Shown: positions 34,707 to 44,299 of the stretch, piece by piece
Layout: each line of letters opens with the position of its first letter
Position numbering within the stretch: position 1 is the stretch's first letter
Assembly (NCBI GenBank): GCA_016180645.1
Contig: JACPAV010000047.1
Span: 1-50,353, forward strand
Length of the DNA stretch: 50,353 nucleotides
Origin: Nitrospirota bacterium
GTDB taxonomy: Bacteria > JACPQY01
Reading direction: 5' to 3'
Made by a program: the position numbers and the translations under genes
The notes under the pieces: generated by a model
What the model was told of the DNA's origin: nothing
Databases searched by the model: none
Seen by the model: the letters and a program-made list of their open reading frames with translations, nothing else

Positions 34707-35932
34707 CTGCGGAGGCGATCCATGGCTTCACGCAAGCGCCTCGCATCCTGCGTAATCGTCACCCGGAAGTAGCCTTCCCCATACCGGCCAAAACCGACTC
34801 CCGGCGTCACGACCACCCCCGTCTTCTCCAGAACCCGGCCGGCGAAATCCATCGACCTTTCGCCCTTGGGAACATGCGCCCACACGTAGAACGTCCCATC
34901 GGTCGGGCAAAACTCGATCCCCGCGGCGCGCAACCCTTCTTGAACCACCCGCAGGCGGTCTGCGTATACTCCGGCCATCGATCGCACGTGCTCCGGCGCC
35001 ACCCTGAGCGCCTCGATGCCCGCCTCCTGAACCGCCTGAAAGATCCCGGAGTCGATGTTCGTTTTCACCTTGCCCAGCGCCCCCACCAACTCGGGGTTCC
35101 CCACGGCAAAGCCGATCCGCCATCCGGTCATGTTGCAGGTCTTCGACAGAGAGTGGAATTCGATGCCGACCTCCCTCGCCCCTTTGGCTTGGAGGAAGCT
35201 GACCGGTCGGGACGAGCCCGAGAAGGAGACTTCCGTGTAGGCAGCATCATGACACACGATCACGTTTCGCTTTCGGGCCCAGCGGGCTACATTCTCTAAG
35301 AATTCCAGAGAGGCGCCGGCGCCGGTGGGATTGTTCGGGTAGTTGAGAAAGAGGAGGCGGCAGCGCGCGGGCAGGGTTCGGTCCAGGGCTTTCAAATCGG
35401 GCAGGAATCGGTTCTTCTCCAGAAGGGGAACGAGGATCGGCTTCCCACCCGCAAAGAGGATGGATGTCCGGTAGACGGGGTAGCCCGGGTCGGGCACGAG
35501 GCCCGCATCGCCCGGATTGATGAACGCCAGAGGCGCGTGCGCGATGCCCTCCTTGGATCCGATGAGCGAAACGACCTCCTCCTCGGGATCGAGCGTCACG
35601 CTGAATCGTTCGGCGTACCAGTCGGCGGCAGCCTGCCGGAAAGATGGAAGCCCTTTGTAACTAGGGTAGCGGTGATTCTCAGGTTTTCTCGCCCCCCGGA
35701 TCAGGGCGGCGATCACCGATTCCGGCGTCGGCAGGTCCGGATCGCCCACGCCTAGGTCGATGACGTCGATCCCGCGCTCACTCACCGCCCGCTTCCGCCG
35801 ATCCAGCTCCGCAAACAGATAGGGCGGCAATTCAAGAATCCGTCTCGCGACCCTCGAAACGGGAAGGCCGACTTGCGCCTTCTGTCTTGCACCTTGCGCC
35901 CTGCGTCCTGCGCCCTGCGTCCTCTTCTTCAT
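34700..35932 (-). CDS. dapL: LL-diaminopimelate aminotransferase
   Basis: LPPYLFA, LGVGDPD, GSKEG, NYPNNPTG, HDAAY, EFHSLSKTCNMTGWRIG; lies in the dap operon. Confidence 0.82.
   Translation of the reverse strand: MKKRTQGAGRRAQGARQKAQVGLPVSRVARRILELPPYLFAELDRRKRAVSERGIDVIDLGVGDPDLPTPESVIAALIRGARKPENHRYPSYKGLPSFRQAAADWYAERFSVTLDPEEEVVSLIGSKEGIAHAPLAFINPGDAGLVPDPGYPVYRTSILFAGGKPILVPLLEKNRFLPDLKALDRTLPARCRLLFLNYPNNPTGAGASLEFLENVARWARKRNVIVCHDAAYTEVSFSGSSRPVSFLQAKGAREVGIEFHSLSKTCNMTGWRIGFAVGNPELVGALGKVKTNIDSGIFQAVQEAGIEALRVAPEHVRSMAGVYADRLRVVQEGLRAAGIEFCPTDGTFYVWAHVPKGERSMDFAGRVLEKTGVVVTPGVGFGRYGEGYFRVTITQDARRLREAMDRLRRI
35872..35920. repeat. Seven degenerate 7-bp tandem units (CYTGCGY-like) inside the dapL 5' end
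   Basis: cttgcgc cttctgt cttgcac cttgcgc cctgcgt cctgcgc cctgcgt; translated as TQGAGRRAQGARQKAQ. Confidence 0.75.
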
Positions 35933-36732
35933 TTCAACCCCAACACGTCGGCCATTTCATAGAGGCCCGGTTTCCTCGCGGCCATCCACTCCGCCGCCCG
36001 CAAGGCGCCGTGCGCAAAAACGTCACGCGAATGGGCCCGGTGCGTGATCTCGATGCTTTCGCCGGGACCGGAGAATAGGACCGTATGATCGCCCACCACA
36101 TCGCCTGCCCGGAGCGATTGAACGCCGATTTCGCCTTCGCGGCGCGCTCCGATCTGACCGTGACGTTCAAAACGCGCAACCTTTTCGAAAGCCACACCCC
36201 GCGACTCGGCGATGGCTTCCCCCAGTCTCAAGGCGGTCCCGCTCGGAGCATCCACTTTGTGTCGATGATGGGTTTCCACGATCTCCGCGTCATACCCTGC
36301 CAGCCGTATCGCCGCATCGGCCGCAAGCTTGAACATGACGTTCACGCCCGCACTCATGTTCGGGGCGAGGAGAATGGGGATCGCCCGCGCGTAGGTTTGA
36401 AGTTCTCGCCGCTGCGGCCCATCGATCCCCGTCGTCCCGATGACGATGGGCGTCTTTCGGGTCCGACACAGCCGTGCGTGGTTCACCGCCGAATCCGGCC
36501 GGGTGAAATCGACGACGACGGCCGCCGGACCAAGAACGGACCCGAGGTCGGCCGACAGCGCAAGGCCCGTGGTCGGGACACCGGCGAGGGCGCCGATGTC
36601 CTTGCCGGCGTCCGGGTGTCCCTTGCGCTCGACGGCACCGACGACTCGAAAGCGCTTGGGGTCCTGGAGCGCCAAGGCAAGAATTCGCCGCCCCATTTTC
36701 CCTGCGGCGCCGCACACGATAAGTCGGATCAT
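35929..36732 (-). CDS. dapB: 4-hydroxy-tetrahydrodipicolinate reductase
   Basis: GAAGKMG, IGTTG, APNMSAG, ETHHRHKVDAPSGTA. Confidence 0.96.
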   Translation of the reverse strand: MIRLIVCGAAGKMGRRILALALQDPKRFRVVGAVERKGHPDAGKDIGALAGVPTTGLALSADLGSVLGPAAVVVDFTRPDSAVNHARLCRTRKTPIVIGTTGIDGPQRRELQTYARAIPILLAPNMSAGVNVMFKLAADAAIRLAGYDAEIVETHHRHKVDAPSGTALRLGEAIAESRGVAFEKVARFERHGQIGARREGEIGVQSLRAGDVVGDHTVLFSGPGESIEITHRAHSRDVFAHGALRAAEWMAARKPGLYEMADVLGLK

Positions 36733-36756
36733 GGAATGCCGGGAACCCCGCGAAAA

Positions 36757-37680
36757 TCAGCCGCTCTTGGCGCGACCCCTGCGAAGGATCTTCAGATCCT
36801 CCATCACCCGTCGCAACCGCTCGCGGCGCGCGGCGGACATCGGTGTCATCGGCAGACGAAGCTCGGGGGGAATAAGACCCATCATAGCAAGCGCCGCTTT
36901 TCCTCCGATGGGATTGGTCTCGGCAAACAGGGCATCGCACAGCGGAGCCAGCCGGTAGTGGGCGTGCCGGGCCACTTCGATCTGGCCCGTGTGCACGTTC
37001 CGGCACATGGCGGACACTTCGTCCGGCACAATGTTGCTCAGAACCGATATCGTCCCCACCGCCCCGAGGCAAAAGAGCGGGAAATTGATGGGATCTTCGC
37101 CCGAAAGCACGATGAAATCCTGCCCACACAACGCAAGAATGTCCGACGTCTGCTTGATGTTTCCCGAGGCCTCTTTGATCCCGATGACGTTTTTGTTCTC
37201 CGCAATCCGCGCCACGGTTTCGGGAAGCATGTTCAGACCGGTCCGGCCCGGAATGTTGTACAGAATGATCGGAATGGAAACCGCTTCGCAGAGCGCCTTG
37301 TAGTGCCGCACGAGCCCTTCCTGGGTCGGCTTGTTGTAGTAGGGCGTGACGACGAGCGCCGCATCCGCCTTGACGCGCTCGGCAAACTTGGTCAGCCGGA
37401 TGGCTTCGTGCGTGGAGTTGGCTCCGGTCCCCGCGATGATGGGAACACGGCCGGCGTTGATTTCGATGGCCAGCTCCACGATGTGCTCATGCTCCTCGTA
37501 CGTTAGCGTGGCGGACTCACCGGTGGTTCCCGCCGGAACGAATCCATCGATTCCTTTCCCGATCTGGAATTCCAGAAGATTGCGGAAGGCCTTGCGGTCG
37601 ATCTTCCCGCCCGAAAACGGCGTCACAAGGGCGCTGAGCGCGCCGCGAATACGTTGCCCCGAATGTCTCACCGCAGTCAT
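36757..37680 (-). CDS. dapA: 4-hydroxy-tetrahydrodipicolinate synthase
   Basis: GAGGA before ATG 37680; ALVTPF, GTTGES, PYYNKP, YNIPGRTG, IKEASG. Confidence 0.96.
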   Translation of the reverse strand: MTAVRHSGQRIRGALSALVTPFSGGKIDRKAFRNLLEFQIGKGIDGFVPAGTTGESATLTYEEHEHIVELAIEINAGRVPIIAGTGANSTHEAIRLTKFAERVKADAALVVTPYYNKPTQEGLVRHYKALCEAVSIPIILYNIPGRTGLNMLPETVARIAENKNVIGIKEASGNIKQTSDILALCGQDFIVLSGEDPINFPLFCLGAVGTISVLSNIVPDEVSAMCRNVHTGQIEVARHAHYRLAPLCDALFAETNPIGGKAALAMMGLIPPELRLPMTPMSAARRERLRRVMEDLKILRRGRAKSG

Positions 37681-37684
37681 GTCC

Positions 37685-38581
37685 TCATACTTCGATCCGG
37701 CGTGATGCCGATCGCACTCTCGACCTTTTCGGCGGGCAGGACGCCCGCGATAGCGGGGAGAGTGGGATTCGACCGGCAAAAACCTCCTCCGCCGGCCCCG
37801 TCATGTATACCCGATTCGATCGTGCATCCCACCGCACCCTCAAGGTTCCACCGGGGAGAACGATTTCGCAATCCCTGGACGTCTTGCCATTCAACACGCC
37901 GGCCACCACCGTGGCGCACGCGCCGGTACCGCAAGACAGCGTTCGTCCGGCACCCCGTTCCCAAACACCCACCTGGAGCCGGTTCGGCCGCTTCACGTCG
38001 ACAAATTCCACGTTTGTCCGCTTCGGGAAAAACGGATGGCGTTCAAGCAAAGGTCCGTACTGCTCGACGAGATCGACGCCATTGGATTTCCCGAAGATTA
38101 CGCAGTGGGGGTTCCCCATCGATACGCAGGTGACGCGGAATTCGCGGTCCTCCACCTTGAGCGGCCGGTTCACCACGCGACCCCGCGCCCGCGTGGGGAT
38201 TCTCTCCCCGTCCAATACGGGTTCGCCCATTTCCACCTCCACGAGACTGCCCGCGCGTTGCAAACGAGCGATCCCGGCGCCCGTTTCGACCGAGAGCACC
38301 TTCTTCTTCGACAGTCCCCGCGTCCACACATACCGGGCAAGGCACCGAATACCGTTGCCGCACTGCTCCACTTCGCTGCCGTCAGCGTTGAAAATGCGCA
38401 TGCGGAAATCCGCCTTGGAGGATCGCTCCAAGAGAAGCATCTGATCCGCCCCGACACCGAACCGGCGGTCGCACAATTCCCCCGCTAGTTTGGAAAGATG
38501 GGGGAGTTTGTGCTCACGGGCGTCGAAGAAGACGAAATCGTTTCCCGTCCCCTGCATTTTCAGGAAATCAAGCGTGCCCAT
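37685..38581 (-). CDS. dapF: Diaminopimelate epimerase
   Basis: KMQGTGNDF, NADGSEVEQCGNG, SMGNPHC, ERGAGRTLSCGTG. Confidence 0.97.
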   Translation of the reverse strand: MGTLDFLKMQGTGNDFVFFDAREHKLPHLSKLAGELCDRRFGVGADQMLLLERSSKADFRMRIFNADGSEVEQCGNGIRCLARYVWTRGLSKKKVLSVETGAGIARLQRAGSLVEVEMGEPVLDGERIPTRARGRVVNRPLKVEDREFRVTCVSMGNPHCVIFGKSNGVDLVEQYGPLLERHPFFPKRTNVEFVDVKRPNRLQVGVWERGAGRTLSCGTGACATVVAGVLNGKTSRDCEIVLPGGTLRVRWDARSNRVYMTGPAEEVFAGRIPLSPLSRASCPPKRSRVRSASRRIEV

Positions 38582-38613
38582 GATCCTTTACGATTAGCGC
38601 CGGGGACCCGAAA

Positions 38614-38643
38614 TTGCAAGAGGACCACCCTTTACTCTATAAT
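38614..38643 (+). promoter_or_regulatory. Sigma70 promoter of uppS-dxr-rseP
   Basis: TTGCAA-N18-TATAAT, 6 nt before ATG 38650. Confidence 0.7.
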
Positions 38644-38649
38644 CGATCG

Positions 38650-39372
38650 ATGCCCCGGAAATCGCTGCCACGGCATGTGGCTATTATTATGGACGGAAAC
38701 GGTCGGTGGGCACAGTCCCGGAAACTCGACCGCGTGGAAGGTCATCGGGAGGGGGCTCGATCCGTACGGGCGATTGTTGAAACCGCCCGAAGGCTTGGCG
38801 TGCGATATCTGACCCTCTACGCCTTCTCCACCGAGAACTGGGGAAGGCCGACGGCCGAGGTGCGGTCTTTGATGGAATTGTTGGGAGAATATCTGGAAGA
38901 CGAATTGAAAGAGATGATGGATCAGCAGATCCGGTTGCGGGCGATTGGAAGCCTGGATCAACTGCCGGGCCCGACGCGGGAGAAGTTGGAAAAGACGATG
39001 CGCGCGACCCGAAGGAATCGAAGAATGGATCTGATTCTCGCCCTCAGCTACGGCGGGCGACAGGAAATCCTGGATGCCGTCAACTCGGCGGTCCGCGCGC
39101 GCAACGGCAACGCCGGGAAAAGTTCCATCACCGAGGCCGGCCTCCGGCGCCACTTCTACGCGCCGGACGTTCCGGATCCGGACCTCGTCATCCGCACCAG
39201 CGGCGAGCTTCGCCTCTCGAACTTCCTGCTCTGGCAATCCGCCTATTCGGAGCTCTATGTAACCGAGACCTTGTGGCCGGACTTCCGGGAAAAAGAATTC
39301 AAGGGCGCCCTGCGGGCCTACGAGAAACGCGAACGCCGATTCGGGTTGACGCGCGAACAGGTAACAGCGTGA
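38650..39372 (+). CDS. uppS: Undecaprenyl/polyprenyl diphosphate synthase
   Basis: HVAIIMDGNGRWA, YAFSTENW, YGGRQE, IRTSGELRLSNFLLWQ, RERRFG. Confidence 0.97.
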   Translation: MPRKSLPRHVAIIMDGNGRWAQSRKLDRVEGHREGARSVRAIVETARRLGVRYLTLYAFSTENWGRPTAEVRSLMELLGEYLEDELKEMMDQQIRLRAIGSLDQLPGPTREKLEKTMRATRRNRRMDLILALSYGGRQEILDAVNSAVRARNGNAGKSSITEAGLRRHFYAPDVPDPDLVIRTSGELRLSNFLLWQSAYSELYVTETLWPDFREKEFKGALRAYEKRERRFGLTREQVTA

Positions 39373-40526
39373 AAAAAGCTGCCATCCTCGGTTCGACCGG
39401 CTCGATCGGAACCCAGACGCTCGACGTCATCCGCGGCCACCCTGATCGATTCGACGTGGTCGGCCTCTCGGCCGCCGGATCGAGCCCGGAGAAGCTCGCC
39501 GCGCAAGTTCGCGAATTCCATCCGGGCATCGTCGCGGTCCCATCCCCGGCCGCGGAGAAAGAATTGCGGAAGCATCTCAAGGGGTTCGCCTGTCGCATCG
39601 ATTCGGGGAAGGGTAGCTTGGATCGGCTGGCCGGCTCGGCCGAAGCGGACGTCGTCGTTTCCGCCATCTCCGGATCGAGCGGTCTTCCGCCCACTCTCGC
39701 GGCCGTCAAGGCCGGGAAAACGGTTCTCTTGGCCAACAAGGAAAGCATCGTCATGGGAGGAGAGCTCTTCATGCGACTGGCGCGCGAATCCGGCGCAAGA
39801 ATTATTCCGATTGACAGCGAACACAACGCCATCTTTCAGTGCATCGATGGGAAGCCCTCCTCCCAGGTTCTCAGCCTCACGATTACGGCTTCCGGCGGGC
39901 CCTTTCTCCGGACTTCGCTGAAGAGCCTTTCACGGGTTACGCCCACGAAGGCGCTGAAGCACCCCGTCTGGCGGATGGGTCGAAAAATCAGCATTGATTC
40001 CGCCACGCTGATGAACAAGGCGCTGGAGCTGGTGGAGACCCGCTGGCTTTTCGATGTGGCGGCGGACCGGCTGCGCGTTCTGGTGCATCCCCAGAGCATT
40101 GTTCATGCCGTGGTGGAGTGCGTGGACACCGCCGCGTTCGCTCTGATGGCCCTTCCAGACATGAAAGTGCCCATCGCCTATGCCCTCGCGTGGCCGGACC
40201 GATTGCCGATGACGCTCCCGCGGTTGGACCTCGCGCGGCTGGAGTCCCTCACGTTCTTCGAACCCGACCCCAAGCGCTTCCCCTCGATTCCGCTGGCCTA
40301 TGAAGTCCTCCGCGCGGGGAACGGCTCGCAGGTGGTGATGAACGCGGCAAACGAAGTCGCCGTTCACGCGTTCCTCGATCGCAAAATCCCGTTCCCGGCG
40401 ATCACGCGCACCGTCTCGGGCACGCTGGACAAAGTCACGGGAAGCCGGATTGAAAATGTAAGCGACATTTTTGAAGTGGACCGCCGCGCGCGCGAGACGG
40501 CCCAAGGGATGTGCCATGCTCATTAG
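39369..40526 (+). CDS. dxr: 1-deoxy-D-xylulose-5-phosphate reductoisomerase
   Basis: GTG overlaps the uppS stop; LGSTGSIG, LANKES, PIDSEH, LKHPVWRMGRKISIDSAT, NAANE. Confidence 0.97.
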   Translation: MKKAAILGSTGSIGTQTLDVIRGHPDRFDVVGLSAAGSSPEKLAAQVREFHPGIVAVPSPAAEKELRKHLKGFACRIDSGKGSLDRLAGSAEADVVVSAISGSSGLPPTLAAVKAGKTVLLANKESIVMGGELFMRLARESGARIIPIDSEHNAIFQCIDGKPSSQVLSLTITASGGPFLRTSLKSLSRVTPTKALKHPVWRMGRKISIDSATLMNKALELVETRWLFDVAADRLRVLVHPQSIVHAVVECVDTAAFALMALPDMKVPIAYALAWPDRLPMTLPRLDLARLESLTFFEPDPKRFPSIPLAYEVLRAGNGSQVVMNAANEVAVHAFLDRKIPFPAITRTVSGTLDKVTGSRIENVSDIFEVDRRARETAQGMCHAH

Positions 40527-42081
40527 CATTATCGGAGCGATTCTCCTCCTCGGACTCGTCATCTTCGGACATGAATTGTCCCATTTCCTGGTGGCCAAAC
40601 TCTTCCGGGTGAAAGTCCTGAAGTTTTCCATCGGGTTTGGTCCTTCACTCTGGCGGAAGCAGATCGGGGAAACGGAGTACCAGGTCGCGGCCCTCCCTCT
40701 GGGCGGGTTCGTCAAGATGCAGGGCGAAACCGCGGAAGAGAAGGACCAGGACCCCCGGAGCTACCTGAACAAACCGATTTTCCAACGGGCCATGATCGTC
40801 GTGGCGGGGCCGGTGGGGAACCTCATTCTCCCTGTCGTAGCCCTCAGCTTCATGTATATGGTCGGCGTTTCCGAAGTTACTCCTCGAATCCAGCGCGTGG
40901 AGCCGATGACCTTCGCGGCCAAGAAGGGCCTCCGCGCGGGCGACGTCATTCGCCACGTGGATGGCCAGCCCGTGCGCACGTGGACGGAGGTCGAGGAAAA
41001 GGTCCCGGAGAAAGGACACGTCACGCTTGTCGTTGAGCGGAGCGGGCAACGGGTCGGCTACCCCATCCCGGTGGATGAGTTCAAGCACCTCAGCCCGTAT
41101 CCCTACGAACCGCTCCTGGCGGTGCGACGTGGATCTCCGGCGGAGAGCGTAGGGTTTCGGAACAGCGACCGGGCGGCCAAGGTCGGCTCAACCGAAGTGA
41201 AGACATGGGAGGAATTTGCCGCCGCTCTCCACGGCACAACCTACCCCTTGGTCGTCACGGTGGATCGTGAGGGGAAGACGGTGGAGGTTCAACTGAAGAC
41301 CGCCCAGGAGATGGCCGGCATCGAACAACCGGAGCTCTACATAGCCCAAGTCATGCCCGGTTCGCCTGCCGAGAAGGCCGGAATCAAGCCCTACGACAAG
41401 ATCATCGAGTTCGGAAAGGTCCCTGTCTATCGGTGGAGCCAACTCGTGGAGTACATTCAGAAAAGTGAGGGCAAGAAGATCAGCCTGACTCTCCTCCGCG
41501 GCGGGGAAGAGCTCCAGATTCCCGTGGACGTCGCCTCGGCGAGGATCGAGGAACCGACGGGCGACGCCAAGACCGTGGGGCGCATCGGGATTCAGCCGCT
41601 GATCTCTCTCGCCGCGCCGGAAACCGCGGTCATCCGATCGGGACCGTTCAAGAGCCTTGTGCTCGGCGCCCGGAAGACGGCCGAGATTACGATTCTGCAC
41701 GTGAAGGTGATGGCCAATCTCATCCGGGGAAAAGTATCCATGAAAAACATCGGCGGTCCGATCCTGATCATCAAGGCCGCCTCGTCCTCCGCACGGGAAG
41801 GCCTCAAGCCGTATCTCATGATGCTTTCGTTTATCAGCGTCGGTCTCGCCATCATCAATTTGTTCCCCATTCCTCTCCTGGACGGCGGACAGATGCTCCT
41901 CCTCAGCATCGAGGCCATCCGGCGCCGGCCGCTCAGCCTGCGGGCGCTCGAGATCGTGCAGCACGCGGGATTGGTACTTCTTCTCAGCATGATGGTCTTC
42001 GCGTTCTACAACGATGTCATGCGGGATCGGGACACGCTCACGGCTTTCTTCCGCCGGTTTCTCGACTTCTTCAAAGGGTGA
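40516..42081 (+). CDS. rseP: Site-2 protease RseP (M50) with three PDZ-like repeats
   Basis: HELSH, FSIGFG, PLGGFVKM, NLFPIPLLDGG. Confidence 0.95.
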   Translation: MLISIIGAILLLGLVIFGHELSHFLVAKLFRVKVLKFSIGFGPSLWRKQIGETEYQVAALPLGGFVKMQGETAEEKDQDPRSYLNKPIFQRAMIVVAGPVGNLILPVVALSFMYMVGVSEVTPRIQRVEPMTFAAKKGLRAGDVIRHVDGQPVRTWTEVEEKVPEKGHVTLVVERSGQRVGYPIPVDEFKHLSPYPYEPLLAVRRGSPAESVGFRNSDRAAKVGSTEVKTWEEFAAALHGTTYPLVVTVDREGKTVEVQLKTAQEMAGIEQPELYIAQVMPGSPAEKAGIKPYDKIIEFGKVPVYRWSQLVEYIQKSEGKKISLTLLRGGEELQIPVDVASARIEEPTGDAKTVGRIGIQPLISLAAPETAVIRSGPFKSLVLGARKTAEITILHVKVMANLIRGKVSMKNIGGPILIIKAASSSAREGLKPYLMMLSFISVGLAIINLFPIPLLDGGQMLLLSIEAIRRRPLSLRALEIVQHAGLVLLLSMMVFAFYNDVMRDRDTLTAFFRRFLDFFKG

Positions 42082-42093
42082 TTCCTACGCCTC

Positions 42094-42117
42094 TGAGATT
42101 TCAAATTTGAAATCTCA
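42094..42117. repeat. Perfect 24-bp palindrome built from heptamer units
   Basis: TGAGATTTCAAATTTGAAATCTCA equals its own reverse complement. Confidence 0.8.
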
Positions 42118-42124
42118 AATCTCC

Positions 42125-43033
42125 ATGGGGGAGGGGAGGTGTTTCATCTGTGGCGGTGTGAGTCGGATCTTTTGGAAGGGCGATGAAGCTGCCCTCCATG
42201 ATTGTCGGTCCTGCCGGCTCCTGTATATCTGGCCAAGACCCCCCGGACTTTCAGGCCTGATGCCTGGAGGCTCCCTCCGATCCCGTAGCGGGGCCGCCTG
42301 TAGCAGAGCCTTTAGGCTCTGCCGCTCCGGCGGGCTCCGCGAAGCTCATTCTTTGGACACGTCAAAGTATGTTAGGGACGGCCATCTCCACGTGGCCAAG
42401 TCGGGAGTCTATGGCCGGATTCTGGATCGCATACAAGTTCACAAACGCGGCGGGAGCCTTCTCGATGTCGGCAGTCACGTCGGAGGTTTTCTTTTGTTGG
42501 CCCGCGAGCGCGGATTCAAAGTGACGGGGGTCGAGCCGAGCCTGCCCACCGCTCGCCTGGCCCGCCGGTACGGACGGTTCAAGATCTGGAGCACCACGTT
42601 CGATCGCGCACCCGTCAAAAGCGGCTCCGTGGACGTCCTCACCCTGTTGGACGTGATCGAACATCTCGACGACCCGATTGGCGCGCTGAACCGTGCGGGC
42701 CGGCTCCTGAGAAAACACGGGATCCTTGCCATCAAGACCCCTTCCCTTGCCTACACCCGCCTCAAGCTGGCGATTCTCGACCCCCTTCGTCGGAATGTAC
42801 CCCGCTGGCTCTATCTCGAACCCGGAGGTCACCTACAGTATTTTTCTCCTCGTGCACTTCAAAAGATGCTGAACCGGGCAGGCTTCGAAGTAATGGGTGT
42901 AGAGAGCCTCCCGTATGAGCCGGCAGTCGACGGACGATGGAGATCCCGGGTTCTCAATGCCCTTGCGCGCCCCGGGCACGGCCGCCCTTCTCCGCTGGCA
43001 AGGGACATGCTGTGCCTGGCCGTCAGGCCATGA
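42125..43033 (+). CDS. Class I SAM-dependent methyltransferase with an N-terminal CxxC pair
   Basis: CFIC...CRSC, LLDVGSHVG, GVEPS, LLDVIEHLDDP, HLQYFS. Confidence 0.82.
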   Translation: MGEGRCFICGGVSRIFWKGDEAALHDCRSCRLLYIWPRPPGLSGLMPGGSLRSRSGAACSRAFRLCRSGGLREAHSLDTSKYVRDGHLHVAKSGVYGRILDRIQVHKRGGSLLDVGSHVGGFLLLARERGFKVTGVEPSLPTARLARRYGRFKIWSTTFDRAPVKSGSVDVLTLLDVIEHLDDPIGALNRAGRLLRKHGILAIKTPSLAYTRLKLAILDPLRRNVPRWLYLEPGGHLQYFSPRALQKMLNRAGFEVMGVESLPYEPAVDGRWRSRVLNALARPGHGRPSPLARDMLCLAVRP

Positions 43034-44190
43034 TGGATATTCTTTTCGTCACGGGAGTCTACCCTCCGCGGATCGGCGGGCCGTCCATCCAAACCCATCG
43101 GCTGGCCCGGCTTTGCCGTCAACGGGGGTGGAACGCCCGCGTGCTGACCTTTGCAGAACGGTCTGCGAAACGGTCGGAGGATGGCATCGAGATCACGACC
43201 ATTCGTGACCCAGGCATCGGCCCGGCCGCGAAGTATGCGGCCTCGGCCGCGGCGCTGGGCCGGATGGTCCGCGAACGCAAGCCGGATTTGTTGGTCCATC
43301 AGACAGGAGTGGACTACCTCACGTTTGTAACCGGGCTGGTGGGCCGGCGCTACCGCGTACCCGTGTTTGTGAAACATGCGGGCGACCTGGCTTGGGAAAG
43401 ATTGACCCGATTCAGCATCAGCGCAGCAACGGGAAAAAAGCCCCTGCACAATTCAGGGTTCCCCGCCCGCGCGTTGATTGCAGTGGAACGGCTGGCCCTC
43501 TCCTTGTGCAGGAAAGTTTGGTCGCTGAGCAACGACCAAACCCGGTTCCTCGAAACCGTCCTCAAGCTCCCTCCAGGGAAGATCTTCACCCACCGGAACC
43601 TGGCGGTGATTCCCGAGATCCCGTCGCACAAACCACATGCCGGCAAGCACCTCCGTCTGCTCACGGTCTCGAGACTCATCCAACGCAAGAATCTGGACGC
43701 CCTGATTCGCGCCGTTCCGCTTCTTCAGGACTCCGGCGTGTCGCTCGATATCGTGGGCGGCGGGTACACAGAAATTGAGATCAAACTTCAGGGCCTGATT
43801 CGGGAGCTGAACCTCGCCGATCGCGTTCGCCTCGCGGGAGAAACCTCTCCCCTCAGGATGGCCGGGCACTATCGAACGGCCGATGTATTCGTCCTCCCCT
43901 CGATCTACGAACATTTCCCCCTCGCGGCCGCCGAGGCCATGGCGTACGGATTGCCGGTGGTCGCGGCTCGCGTCTGGGGAATCGAGGAAGCGGTGCAGGA
44001 GAGCCGGACGGGCCTCCTCGTCGATCAGCCCACTCCGGAGGCCCTGGCAGGCTGCATCAATGACCTCATCCGGCGCCCCAAGCTCGTCTCTCGAATGGGG
44101 CTGGCGGCCGCCGAGCGGGCCAAATGGTTCGACATTCACCGGTACGGCTCGGAGATCCTGGATGAGTATTCAAAGACCGCCCGCCAATGA
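43030..44190 (+). CDS. GT4 glycosyltransferase
   Basis: YPPRIGG, SRLIQRK, EHFPLAAAEAMAYG. Confidence 0.88.
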   Translation: MMDILFVTGVYPPRIGGPSIQTHRLARLCRQRGWNARVLTFAERSAKRSEDGIEITTIRDPGIGPAAKYAASAAALGRMVRERKPDLLVHQTGVDYLTFVTGLVGRRYRVPVFVKHAGDLAWERLTRFSISAATGKKPLHNSGFPARALIAVERLALSLCRKVWSLSNDQTRFLETVLKLPPGKIFTHRNLAVIPEIPSHKPHAGKHLRLLTVSRLIQRKNLDALIRAVPLLQDSGVSLDIVGGGYTEIEIKLQGLIRELNLADRVRLAGETSPLRMAGHYRTADVFVLPSIYEHFPLAAAEAMAYGLPVVAARVWGIEEAVQESRTGLLVDQPTPEALAGCINDLIRRPKLVSRMGLAAAERAKWFDIHRYGSEILDEYSKTARQ

Positions 44191-44213
44191 AAGAGGGGCC
44201 ATCCCCGAGAAGT

Positions 44214-44264
44214 CACCCCCTCCCTTCCCCTCCCCCCTCGAGGGCGAGGGTGTGGGCGGGGAGG
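44214..44264. repeat. Single-hairpin copy of the C-rich/G-rich repeat
   Basis: CACCCCCTCC...CCCTCCCCCC-TCGA-GGGCGAGGG...GGGGAGG; intergenic. Confidence 0.6.
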
Positions 44265-44299
44265 CGCTTTGGATGGATGTGTTCGGGAAAGGATCCAAA

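Noticed and set aside
38591..38619. Palindromic TTGCAA acting as a shared -35 for both dapF and uppS
   Set aside because: The minus-strand -10 candidate (TAATCG) lacks the conserved final T, so support is too weak.
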